DNA of 63,562 bases, counting the filler, from Octopus bimaculoides (taxonomy: Eukaryota), in the NCBI RefSeq assembly GCF_001194135.2. It is 6 parts of 6 records of this genome, joined end to end, with 100 filler letters (N's around TTAATTAATTAA, not from the genome) between each part and the next. Parts side by side here need not be neighbours in the genome. Positions count along the whole stretch, not along the records: positions 1 to 7,248 come from NW_026419462.1; positions 7,349 to 24,450 come from NC_068985.1; 4 more parts are not named here. One strand, written 5' to 3'. Shown piece by piece: positions 1-10,149 of the stretch (the stretch's first letter is position 1; every line of letters starts with the position of its first letter). The notes beneath the pieces are model-generated. The model worked only from the letters and a program-made list of their open reading frames with translations, ran no database searches and had not been told where the DNA came from. A program made the position numbers and the translations under genes.

Positions 1-53
1 ATATATGCAATTGCTGGAAGAAAGGAAGGACACACAGACGGTCAAATACTTAC

Positions 54-151
54 CAAACACCGATCGCAGTTGATGCCTATAATGTTCTCTTTGCATTCAC
101 AGGTTCCAAATTCACCGCAGTTCACAGTACCACATCTGTCACAGGTGCATG
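54..151 (-). CDS. Laminin alpha-like exon (LE/EGF repeat): xCA-CTCDRCGTVNCGEFGTCECKENIIGINCDRCL
   Basis: Read by hand on the minus strand. Acceptor ...aataaccgcAG (153-152), donor TTG|GTAAGT (53-52). 98 nt = 2 + 32 codons, with laminin-type EGF cysteine spacing (C-x-C-K-x-N-x-x-G-x-x-C-D-R-C). Confidence 0.92.
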
Positions 152-528
152 CTGCGGTTATTGTGGATAGTGCAATGGTATGCAGTTACAGCAGCAAGAT
201 TTGTATATATATAAAAAAAAAAAGCACAGAAAGAGAAACTCATAAAAATGCGATTGCGTTGTTCTTTCTGTATGTGCTGGTCACTATATAGTCGACCGCC
301 ACCCATTTGACCAAATGCTATTTAAAGCAAGGCTTCAAGAGAGCCTCTGACTTTCAACACAAGTTGAACAAGTGCTAAGTTGAAGAAGAAACATCTAGAT
401 GACTTGGAAGGTTTATTCTATGGTGAATACAAACATTTATATTACTTGGATTTGAAAACATACACAAAAATCTTGATCACCCATTTGTCTGTCTGTCAGT
501 CCTTTTCTATTCTATCTATCTATTCTAT

Positions 529-571
<43 letters not shown>

Positions 572-611
572 AATCTATCTCTTCACCTATATCTAACACT
601 ATGTATGTTTA

Positions 612-830
612 CATCATCATCGTTTAACGTCCACTTTCCATGCTAGCATGGGTTGGACGATTTGACTGAGGACTGGTGAAACCAGATGGCTGCACCAGGC
701 TCCAATCTGATTTGGCAGAGTTTCTACAGCTGGATGCCCTTCCTAACACCAACCACTCAGAGAGTGTAGTGGGTGCTTTTACGTGTCACCCGCACGAAGG
801 CCAGTCAGGCGGTACTGGCAACGATATATG
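612..830 (-). mobile_element. SINE-like repeat family D, 3' part with (ATG/CAT)n tail
   Basis: Reverse complement matches 49028-49210 (aaagcacccactacact...gaagggcatccagctgtagaaactctgcc...ggacgttaaacga-tgatgatg). Confidence 0.75.
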
Positions 831-1204
831 TCCAACCCATGCCAGTATGCAGCATGGACATTATCTGATGATGTAGCTATCCATCTGCCTGCCTGTCTGT
901 CTACCTTTCTATCCATCCACCTATCTTCCTACCTACTTATTTACCTGTTAGTATCTACCCATCTGTCTACCTATCCATCAGTCTTTTTACCTATTTCTTT
1001 CTCTCTATCACCATCCTTCTATCTGTGTATTTATTTATCATCCACCCCCTATCTACCTACATGCCTGTCTGTCTCCCTCTCTGTGTCTACCTGTCCATCT
1101 CTCCCTCTGCCTATGCATACATCTCCTTATAACTAACCAGCTAATCAATTTCCATATTAATTAATCAAAACAATACAGTTACACTCACTGTAGTGACACC
1201 ATGG

Positions 1205-1580
1205 TGGAGGTGCAATGGCCCAGTGGTTAGGGCAGCGGACTCGCAGTCATGATTCCCAGACCAGGCGTTGTGAGTGTTTATTGAGTGAAAACACCTAAAA
1301 GCACCACAAGGCTCCGGCAGGGGATGGTGGCGAACCCTGCTGTACTCTTTCACCACAACTTTCTCTCACTCTTACTCTCTGTTTCTGTTGTGCCTGCAAT
1401 CCAAAGGGGCCAGCCTTGTCACACTGTGTCACGCTGAATATCCCCGAGAACTACGTTAAGGGTACACGTTTCTGTGGAGTGCTCAGCCACTTGCACGTTA
1501 ATTTCACGAGCAGGCTGTTCCGTTGATCGGATCAACTGGAACCCTCGACGTCGTAAGCGACGGAGTGCCAACAACAACAA
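1205..1580 (+). mobile_element. tRNA-derived SINE family A, near full length
   Basis: Pol III box A (tggcccagtgg), tRNA-like head and (caa)n tail. A near-identical inverted copy lies at 3228-3530. Confidence 0.85.
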
Positions 1581-2226
1581 GTGACACCATATTTCNNNNN
1601 NNNNNNNNNNNNNNNNNNNNNNNNNNNNNNNNNNNNNNNNNNNNNNNNNNNNNNNNNNNNNNNNNNNNNNNNNNNNNNNNNNNNNNNNNNNNNNNNNNNN
1701 NNNNNNNNNNNNNNNNNNNNNNNNNNNNNNNNNNNNNNNNNNNNNNNNNNNNNNNNNNNNNNNNNNNNNNNNNNNNNNNNNNNNNNNNNNNNNNNNNNNN
1801 NNNNNNNNNNNNNNNNNNNNNNNNNNNNNNNNNNNNNNNNNNNNNNNNNNNNNNNNNNNNNNNNNNNNNNNNNNNNNNNNNNNNNNNNNNNNNNNNNNNN
1901 NNNNNNNNNNNNNNNNNNNNNNNNNNNNNNNNNNNNNNNNNNNNNNNNNNNNNNNNNNNNNNNNNNNNNNNNNNNNNNNNNNNNNNNNNNNNNNNNNNNN
2001 NNNNNNNNNNNNNNNNNNNNNNNNNNNNNNNNNNNNNNNNNNNNNNNNNNNNNNNNNNNNNNNNNNNNNNNNNNNNNNNNNNNNNNNNATAGGGTGCAAT
2101 TACAGAGTGTTGTGAAGGGTTCAGCAAGATGGAGGCATATTTCAGTTGTTTTTGGTGGGGAATGGTGGTGGTGGTGGTGGTGGTAATGGCGGTATGTGGA
2201 GGTTGGGGGTTGGTAGTAGCGGTGGA

Positions 2227-2459
2227 GGCGGCGAGCTGGCAGAAACGTTAGCACACTGGGCGAAATGCTTAGCGGTATTTCGTCTGCCGTTACGTTCTGA
2301 GTTCAAATTCCACCGAGGTCGACTTTGCCTTTCATCCTTTCTGGGTCGATTAAATAAGTACCAGTTACGCACTGGGGTCGATATAATCGACTTAATCCCT
2401 TTGTCTGTTCTTATTTGTCCCCTCTATATTTAGCCCCCTGTGGGCAATAAAGAAATAAG
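2227..2459 (+). mobile_element. SINE family B
   Basis: Head gctggcagaaacgttagc...gagttcaaattcc (box B-like) and core gtcgactttgcctttcatcc...taagtaccagt. Related copies at about 24280-24340(-), 26996-27125(+), 28281-28402(-), 46709-46866(-) and 52393-52565(-). Confidence 0.8.
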
Positions 2460-2716
2460 TAGCGGTGGAGGAGGAGGTGAATCGGGATGTGTGGTAGTAG
2501 TGATGGGCGGAAGGGGGTAAACGAGGGAGAGAAACATAGAGTGATTAATTATAGATATTGAGTACTGACATGTGGAGGTGTATATATGTATACATACATA
2601 ATACGCAGAGAGTGGTCACTTGAAAAGTGGAAAATTGATTTACCTCAAATAGATCTTGGGGAAATATAAATTGGCATTTCACGAATTTTCCACATTCCTA
2701 GTGATCACCCTGTATA

Positions 2717-2763
<47 letters not shown>

Positions 2764-3227
2764 NNNNNNNNNNNNNNNNNNNNNNNNNNNNNNNNNNNNN
2801 NNNNNNNNNNNNNNNNNNNNNNNNNNNNNNNNNNNNNNNNNNNNNNNNNNNNNNNNNNNNNNNNNNNNNNNNNNNNNNNNNNNNNNNNNNNNNNNNNNNN
2901 NNNNNNNNNNNNNNNNNNNNNNNNNNNNNNNNNNNNNNNNNNNNNNNNNNNNNNNNNNNNNNNNNNNNNNNNNNNNNNNNNNNNNNNNNNNNNNNNNNNN
3001 NNNNNNNNNNNNNNNNNNNNNNNNNNNNNNNNNNNNNNNNNNNNNNNNNNNNNNNNNNNNNNNNNNNNNNNNNNNNNNNNNNNNNNNNNNNNNNNNNNNN
3101 NNNNNNNNNNNNNNNNNNNNNNNNNNNNNNNNNNNNNNNNNNNNNNNNNNNNNNNNNNNNNNNNNNNNNNNNNNNNNNNNNNNNNNNNNNNNNNNNNNNN
3201 NNNNNNNNNNNNNNNNNNNNNNNNNNN

Positions 3228-3530
3228 CAAGTGGCTGAGCACTCCACAGACACGTGTACCCTTAACGTAGTTCTCGGGGATATTCAGCGTGACACAGAGT
3301 GTGACAAGGCTGACCCTTTGAATTACAGGCACAACAGAAACAGGAAGATAGAGTGAGAGAAAGTTGTGGTGAAAGAGTACAGCAGGGTTCGCCACCATCC
3401 CCTGCCGGAGCCTCATGGAGCTTTAGGTGTTTTCGCTCAATAAACACTCACAACGCCCGGTCTGGGAATCGAAACTGCGATCCTATGACCGCGAGTCCGC
3501 TGCTCTAACCACTGGGCCATTGCGTCTCCA
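3228..3530 (-). mobile_element. tRNA-derived SINE family A, inverted copy
   Basis: Minus strand reads tggagacgcaatggcccagtggttagagcagcggactcgcggtcataggatcgcagtttcgattccc (boxes A and B). The 3' end is lost in the 2764-3227 gap. Confidence 0.85.
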
Positions 3531-3582
3531 CTATATATATATATATAATATATGAGACAGATAGATCTACATATATACATAC

Positions 3583-3669
3583 CTATCACAGTGATTCCCT
3601 GCATAACCTGGTTGACAGTCACAGTGTGTTACAAGTCCTCGCTGATTTGCATAACATGTGTCAGCAAAG
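3583..3669 (-). CDS. Laminin alpha-like exon: (N)FADTCYANQRGLVTHCDCQPGYAGNHCD(R)
   Basis: Acceptor tctatttctAG (3671-3670), donor AG|GTATGT (3582-3581). 87 nt, phase 2 in and phase 2 out. Completes the SNNFA motif begun in the 4644-4762 exon. Confidence 0.95.
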
Positions 3670-3917
3670 CTAGAAATAGATAATATAGGAAAAATGGTAG
3701 AGAAAAAAATACCACTGACAGTATAAATATAATTTTATATATAAATAATGATGAAGTCAAGCTGAGCCATGACATTTTGAAATCATTTAGTACGTATGTT
3801 TCAGGTTTGTGTAATACGCAATAGGAAATGCGTACATTACGTAAACTTTCTTCAGTTGAAGCATTACATAATAGATGCATTTCCAATTCTATGTTACACA
3901 AACCTGAAACAAATATA

Positions 3918-4330
3918 TTAACCTTCTCAGCACTGTCGTCGCAATTTGTCGCCCGTGTGTTTTCTCCATTGTAGCCCTAGGTGCATTTAATCACCATGAG
4001 AAGGGTACTTAAAATGACACATTCATGCTTTTATTTCTAGTACTTGGGGTTGTAAATAGGTGACTTTCGATTCAGAACTGGGCTAAACTTTTGTTTTCTG
4101 ATGCTGTTTTCATTGTTTATAAATTAACCACAAGATAATCAAGCTTTGGAATCAAACTTAATTCTATAGATTTTTTTATCGAACGAAAATGGCTTCTTCT
4201 GCATTTGAAGCTTTTCTGGAAGAAACCATGTTTGATTCTGATTCAGATGAAGATTTTGAAGAATTTACTCCAGCAGATATCGATGGTGAAATTATTTGAA
4301 GCAATGACGAAGACAGAGACTGTGCTTACA
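3918..4330 (+). mobile_element. Possible piggyBac-like 5' remnant
   Basis: TTAA followed by CCTTCTCAGCAC at 3918. A short acidic peptide MASSAFEAFLEETMFDSDSDEDFEEF (4189-4299) resembles acidic transposase termini. No right end was found. Confidence 0.35.
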
Positions 4331-4643
4331 GTTATATTGAGAATGATGGACTGAGTGGATACTGTAGTCCATGGTTGGCTGATTTAAGGAAATTACTGGC
4401 CCCAAGGAGGTACATTTCTGTAGGGCCGAGGGGCAACTGTTTCGGCTATTCCTTAATTTCAGACTGTGTGCCTTTAGTAGAGAATGATTATTACAATTTG
4501 ACATCACTCGATGCCAGCCCAAACTACCTGGTTTTGACTCCACTTATGCAAAGACTCGCGAACAATGGTTTGCAGTTGTTTGTTATATTTGACTCGAGTC
4601 GAAGATTCTGGCAAATGTCAAATAGGGGCCATTGCCTACTTAC

Positions 4644-4762
4644 TTGTTAGATTCTGAATCAAGGGGACATGTGCACATACTACATCCACCTCTTCTTGGG
4701 TCACCATGGTAACCAGCTTTGCATCGCTCGCAGTGTCTACCCTCAGTGTTGTCACGGCAACT
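4644..4762 (-). CDS. Laminin alpha-like exon: [39 protein letters not shown](N)
   Basis: Acceptor tttatctccacAG (4764-4763), donor AA|GTAAGT (4643-4642). 119 nt, phase 0 in and phase 2 out. Contains the LE motif NTEG-x-HCERCK-x-GY-x-GDP. Confidence 0.95.
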
Positions 4763-5139
4763 CTGTGGAGATAAAGAGTGAGAGGGAGGGTAAGAATTTC
4801 ATACTAGTTTTATAGTGGTGGTGATGGTAGAGGAGGTAGGGGTGGTGATGAAACGGTGATGGTAGTAGTAGTGGTAGTAGTGACAGTTGTATGAGTGCCT
4901 CTCAGACTTATGAATTCTTAGACAACTATAACAATACACACATACACATATATATGTATATATGTGTGTATGTATTATATATATATATATATACACACAC
5001 ATGCATATACATATGTATCTATCTATATATGTGAGTGTGTGTGCATACAAATGTATACACACACACACGCACAAATATATGCACATATACACACACACAC
5101 ACACATCCATTGGGGAGGTTGTGATTAAAGCCTACTCAC

Positions 5140-5253
5140 CAAACACTGACCCGTGTTGGGGTCACATTCATCTGCATGACCGTTGCATTGACAGGGAGAG
5201 CAGATACCAAGGAAGGGGCTGGTTTGATGCCTGTAGTGACCAGGAGCACATTT
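5140..5253 (-). CDS. Laminin alpha-like exon: KCAPGHYRHQTSPFLGICSPCQCNGHADECDPNTGQCL
   Basis: Acceptor tttatgtttcAG (5255-5254), donor TTG|GTGAGT (5139-5138). 114 nt = 38 codons, phase 0/0. In frame with both neighbouring exons. Confidence 0.95.
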
Positions 5254-5520
5254 CTGAAACATAAAGCATAAGTATGGTCATATTATTGTCATCATCATCA
5301 TCGTTGTCATCGTCATCAACATCATCATCATCGTCATCATCATCATCATCGCTTTCGTCATTAACGCCATCATTGTCATCGTCATCATCATCATCATCAT
5401 CAACATCATCCTCATCATTGTCATTGCCATCATCATCGTCATCAGCTGAGCATTCCTAACCTTACAGGTGTGTGGGTCCTAGGGCAATGTAAGAAAGCAC
5501 TCATGCCGGTGTCACATAAC

Positions 5521-6205
5521 TGTGTTTGACATTTGAATGACGGTTTAGCAACTGCAATTGACATTTGAATGACGGTTTTGTAACTGTGTTTGACATTTGA
5601 NNNNNNNNNNGTGTTTGACATTTGAATGACGGTTTAGCAACTGCAATTGACATTTGAATGACGGTTTTGTAACTGTGTTTGACATTTGAAAGACGGTTTT
5701 GTAACTGTGTTTGACATTTGAATGACTGTTTAGCAACTGCAATTGACATTTGAATGACGGTTTTGTAACTGTGTTTGACATTTGAATGACGGTTTTGTAA
5801 CTGCAATTGACATTTGAATGACGGCTTTGTAACAGTGTTTGGCATTTAAATGACGGTTTTGTAACTGCAATTGACATTTGAATGACGGTTTTGTAACAGT
5901 GTTTGGCATTTGAATGACAGTTTTGTAACTGTGTTTGACATTTGAATGACGGTTTAGCAACTGCAATTGACATTTGAATGACGGTGTCACATAACTGTGT
6001 TTGACATTTGAATGACGGTTTTGTAACTGTGTTTGACATTTGAATGACGGTTTAGCAACTGCAATTGACATTTGAATGACGGTTTTGTAACTGTGTTTGG
6101 CATTTGAATGACGGTTTAGCAACTGCAATTGACATTTGAATGATGGTTTAGCAACTGCAATTGACATTTGAATGACGGTTTAGCAACTGCAATTGACATT
6201 TGAAT
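5521..6205. repeat. 32-bp minisatellite, about 21 units, in a laminin intron
   Basis: Unit (gtgtt|gcaat)tgacatttgaatgacggtt(tagca|ttgta)act, counted as 32 nt. Confidence 0.97.
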
Positions 6206-6312
6206 AAGCTTGTTTATTTAGGAAAAAATACAGAAGGAAATTAACACCCATCCACACACACACACACACACAGAAACTTGTTATTTTTAGATGTTTTCAC
6301 CCCAAAACTGAC

Positions 6313-6421
6313 CTCACAAGAAGATCCCTCATAACTTGCTGGACAATGACACTGCTCCACTGTGTATGCTGGACGGTCACCACCGATTTCTGTGGCCACA
6401 TCTAGTTGGACGTTACTTAAC
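6313..6421 (-). CDS. Laminin alpha-like exon, end of L4/domain IV into LE: (R)LSNVQLDVATEIGGDRPAYTVEQCHCPASYEGSSCE
   Basis: Acceptor tttcctatgtccacAG (6423-6422), donor GAG|GTCAGT (6312-6311). 109 nt. The joined peptide (CPASY..SCE-CAPG.YR...FLG.C.PC.C.GH...CPL...SNNFA...C.C.PGYAG...C.C..CGT..C) follows the L4-LE order of laminin alpha-3/5/LanA better than alpha-1/2, from recall of the family. Upstream exons were not found; a contig join lies at 7249-7348. Confidence 0.93.
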
Positions 6422-7292
6422 CTGTGGACATAGGAAACATACAAAATATAGTTTAGGCTGTAGTATGGAGTAATTGTAAAGCAGTGGTGACGATATTGTA
6501 GAGGTCAGTGATGTGTTGATGCTCTGTGAGTGTAATAAGGTAGTGTCGTAGTATGAGTGGATGTGGTATGTGGATGCGGTGTAGGTGGTAGTGCTGTTCA
6601 AAGTGGTGCAAGTAGGAGGTGTAGTGTGATGTAGTATATGTGGATGTATAGTGCTGTATATGTAGTAGTATATTGCGAGGTGGTGGGGTATTGCATACAT
6701 GTTACAAAAAGCACCATTCAAGCGTGGTCGATGCCAGAGAAGGCGAACAGTATGGGCAGTAGTATGATGTGGTGTACAGTGATATATAAATGTTAGCAGT
6801 ATGTTGTATAGGTAGTAGAGTGATGGATGGTACAGATGCAGTCTATACTGTAGTATAGGCGGAAGCACAAAACATTGTATACATTAGTGGTGGTAGTGGT
6901 GTGTGGAACGTAGTACAGGGGGTAATAAAATCAGTGAGATACAGTTTAGGCTGAGGTGTACTGCATTATGCAGATGTGATGACGTTCTATGAAGTTTAGG
7001 TGGTAGTGTGGTACATACAGGTGGTGAGATTGTATATAGTATAGGCGATAGTAGTGTTGAGGTAGAGTATAGAAGCAGTGTGTTGCGAAATGGTGGTAGT
7101 AGTTGTAGTAGTAGTAATAGTAGTTGATGTAGCAGTTGTAGTAGAAGCTGTAGTAGTAGTAATAGTAGTAGTAGTATCAGTTGTGGAGATGGTGGTTGTG
7201 GTAGTGGTAAAAAGTAGCAGTATTAATGTTAGCGGTGGCTGTAGTAGTNNNNNNNNNNNNNNNNNNNNNNNNNNNNNNNNNNNNNNNNNNNN

Positions 7293-7304
7293 TTAATTAA
7301 TTAA
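7293..7304. other. Synthetic scaffold linker TTAATTAATTAA in a 100-bp N block (also 24495-24506, 36803-36814, 43361-43372, 60345-60356)
   Basis: The same 12-mer, with stop codons in all frames, sits between two 44-N runs at five positions. Confidence 0.95.
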
Positions 7305-7377
7305 NNNNNNNNNNNNNNNNNNNNNNNNNNNNNNNNNNNNNNNNNNNNTATATATATACATATATATATAATACAAA

Positions 7378-8379
7378 TAATGTATGAGTATATGCATATA
7401 TACGTACATGTATGTACATACCTACATCAACGTGTATATACACATGTATATCTGGGTACAGGACATCACAAAATAACGTGGACAAAATGAGAAACGAGAG
7501 CAAGAACAAAGCACGGAAAACAAACTTTTTTCAGACAACGGTGGGAACACACAGAAAAACAGACAGAACACATAGAGAACATATCCTTCATCTGCTGCCC
7601 CTATTCTAAAATAAGCGTTTCGAAGAGTTAGGGTAGGACGCATTGTTAGAATAGCTCTTCCCGCAAAGCAAATTTAATTAAATTTGTGATGTGAGGAATT
7701 AAGTGGCAAAAAGAAAACACGACAGGGAAAACGAAACAGTGAAAACAACATAGAAGGCTGTTAGGCCAGACGAGAAAAAAATGTGTACTGAACGCTGTGA
7801 TTTGACGAACTTGAGGGGAAGAGAGAAGAAAGTTCGTGCTTGCTTGGCAGTGGCCAATAGAGGAAAGAAAGCAGTAGCCGCTGGTCACATGTGATCAACG
7901 AGGGGTAAGGAGAAAGAGTGGTAGAGAGAGAAAAAAGGGGTGGAAGTTGAACATAGGTGAGCTACGAGAGACAGGGAGGAAGAGTGAGAGAGATATAGTA
8001 GTGAAGGGGAGAGGCGAAGAACAACAGAAGTAAGAACGAGAGGGGGACAAAGATACAAAGATAAAGTGCGTGTCAGAAATATAAAGTTAAAACTGACTTG
8101 CAAAAAGGACGCGTGCGTTCGATCACATAATAATACAGATAATATGTGAGTATATGCATATATACGTACATGTATGTACATACCTACATCTACATTTATA
8201 TATAAATGCATATCTGGGTAAAGGACGTCACAAAAAACGTGGACAAAATGAAAAACGAGAACAAAAACAGAGCACGGAAAACAAACTTCTTTTCGGACAA
8301 CGGTAGGAACACACAGGAAAACAGAGAGGCCACATAGAGAACATTTCCTTCATCAGCTGCCTCAATTCTAAACTAAGCG

Positions 8380-8381
<2 letters not shown>
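7378..8381 (-). mobile_element. Direct repeat pair (7378-7620 / 8141-8381), Penelope-like terminal repeat sequence
   Basis: Two copies of about 240 bp. A third related copy lies at 53085-53260 on the opposite strand, next to a Penelope-like N-terminal remnant. The PLE assignment is inferred. Confidence 0.5.
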
Positions 8382-8408
<27 letters not shown>

Positions 8409-8413
<5 letters not shown>

Positions 8414-8952
8414 TTATTAATCATAGGGCAGCAAAAGAAATTTTAGAAATTTAATTTACCACCAGTGGTCCAGCGAGAATAAAAGATTAGTCAGTAGACT
8501 ACTTATATATTATTCATTTAAAATATAGAGATGCCTATAATAGGACATGTAACCCGCTAGAAAGAGCACCAAAAAACTCTATACCACAAAAATAGGGATA
8601 ATTTCGAAAGAGAATGAAAAATAAAAACATTTTTACCAGTCTATACTCTGTACCATGATTTCAAGCTATTTAGCAAGATAAAAGTATATCTAACTCGGGT
8701 AACCATGGTACAGAGTATAGACTGGTAAAAATGTTTTTATTTTTCATTCTCTTTCGAAATTATCCCTATTTTTGTCGTATAGAGTTTTTGCTGCTCTTTC
8801 TAGCGGGTTAGATGTCCTATTATAGGCATCTCTATATTTTAAATGAATAATATATATGTAGTATATTGACTAATTTTTTATTCTCGCTGGACCACTGGTG
8901 GTAAATTAAATTTCTAAAATTTCTTTTGCTGCCCTATGATTAATAATGATAT
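8409..8952. repeat. Long fold-back inverted repeat (arms 8409-8657 and 8704-8952, 46-nt spacer)
   Basis: Left arm tcattattaatcatagggcagc...ctgtaccatg; right arm catggtacag...gctgccctatgattaataatga. Only scattered mismatches by eye. Confidence 0.95.
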
Positions 8953-9513
8953 NNNNNNNNNNNNNNNNNNNNNNNNNNNNNNNNNNNNNNNNNNNNNNNN
9001 NNNNNNNNNNNNNNNNNNNNNNNNNNNNNNNNNNNNNNNNNNNNNNNNNNNNNNNNNNNNNNNNNNNNNNNNNNNNNNNNNNNNNNNTAACCATGGTACA
9101 GAGTATAGACTGGTAAAAATGTTTTTATTTTTCATTCTCTTTCGAAATTATCCCTATTTTTGTCGTATAGAGTTTTTGCTGCTCTTTCTAGCGGGTTAGA
9201 TGTCCTATTATAGGCATCTCTATATTTTAAATGAATAATATATATATAGGTAAATGATCGGAATGCTTCAATATTTCAGGGGTAGTCTGAAGTATCTAAG
9301 CAACCAGGGGATAGTTAAATCCGAAGGCACTCCTGCAAATTACTTGTGTGGGTACCGTATTCGTTAGAAGGTATCCAGAGGCAGGTAATTTATTGTTTAA
9401 ACCGCAGTTTATAATTATAATTATGTGGAGAATGGAGAAACAAACACAAGAAGAAGCAAGTCAATTGGGCTAGTTAGCCATTGATTTAATTATGTGGAGA
9501 TTATATAATGAGT

Positions 9514-9565
9514 CATTTACGAACGTTTCGATGTGCCAAATGGTTTGGCAGATCTCTTCAGAATG
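9514..9565 (-). ncRNA. Type I hammerhead ribozyme fold, catalytic core intact
   Basis: Minus strand: CATT-CTGAAGA-GAT(C)TGCCAAA-cca-TTTGGCA(C)ATC-GAA-ACG-tt-CGT-A-AATG. Stems I, II and III all pair, and the cleavage triplet is GUA. Confidence 0.8.
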
Positions 9566-10149
9566 TTGAGAAGTATGTTAAAGTTCATTGTGTGAGAGAT
9601 GCAGGAGAAACAGTTAGTAATACATATAGTGGTATAAGAATAGAGTTAGGTAAAGTTAGTGTTACATTTTAGTTGATGTTGTGTTAATAATCTCCAAATT
9701 AATATTCGTTGTAAATTTTCCATCAACATTCTCTAAAAGCAATACAGAACGTTTTACTTAGTAATTGACTAAAGTATGGAGGAGATAAAGTAGTCTGACA
9801 ATAATCCTCAATTGTAAGGTCGTTTCTATTCGCTCAGAGAATAAGGCCTTTGATTATCAACAAACTATCCTCAAGAGATGGAATTGTGGACTATGTTTAT
9901 ATCAAGACGATGATGTCACGCAACAACTAGAAATCATTCCATTTCCCTGTAATATTGGAACCAGAGGTAAGAGATAGTATTTGAAAACTTAAAAAAAAGC
10001 AAAGCTACTAGAATTGACGATCTACCCGCAGAACTATAAAAAACAAACAATCTGATGACTAAATGTTATGCACTCTCTGCAATGAGATCTTTATCGCTGT
10101 AGAATGGCCATCGGGCTAGTTCACATCAGTTATTCTAATAAGATGAGAA

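Noticed and set aside
1176-1204. Minus-strand donor-like ACA|GTGAGT as the end of the missing laminin exon
   Set aside because: The preceding codons (PWCHY) do not fit an LE repeat and run straight into a SINE.
1205-1275. tRNA gene-like sequences (also 3460-3530 and 47750-47823)
   Set aside because: They are SINE heads, followed by family body sequence, with no complete cloverleaf or terminator.
5501-6205. CRISPR-like array or repeat-protein ORFs (MSNTVTKPSFKCQ...)
   Set aside because: There are no unique spacers and the context is eukaryotic. The 32-bp unit shifts frame each repeat, so the ORFs are by-products of an intronic minisatellite.
6430-7248. His/Thr/Tyr-rich 151-aa ORF (6413-6868 minus)
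   Set aside because: Degenerate GT/GTA-rich simple sequence in the laminin intron, upstream of a clear splice acceptor.
9088-9245. Third copy of the palindrome arm as a real tandem duplication
   Set aside because: It starts right after a gap and is essentially identical to 8700-8855, so an unmerged contig overlap is more likely.
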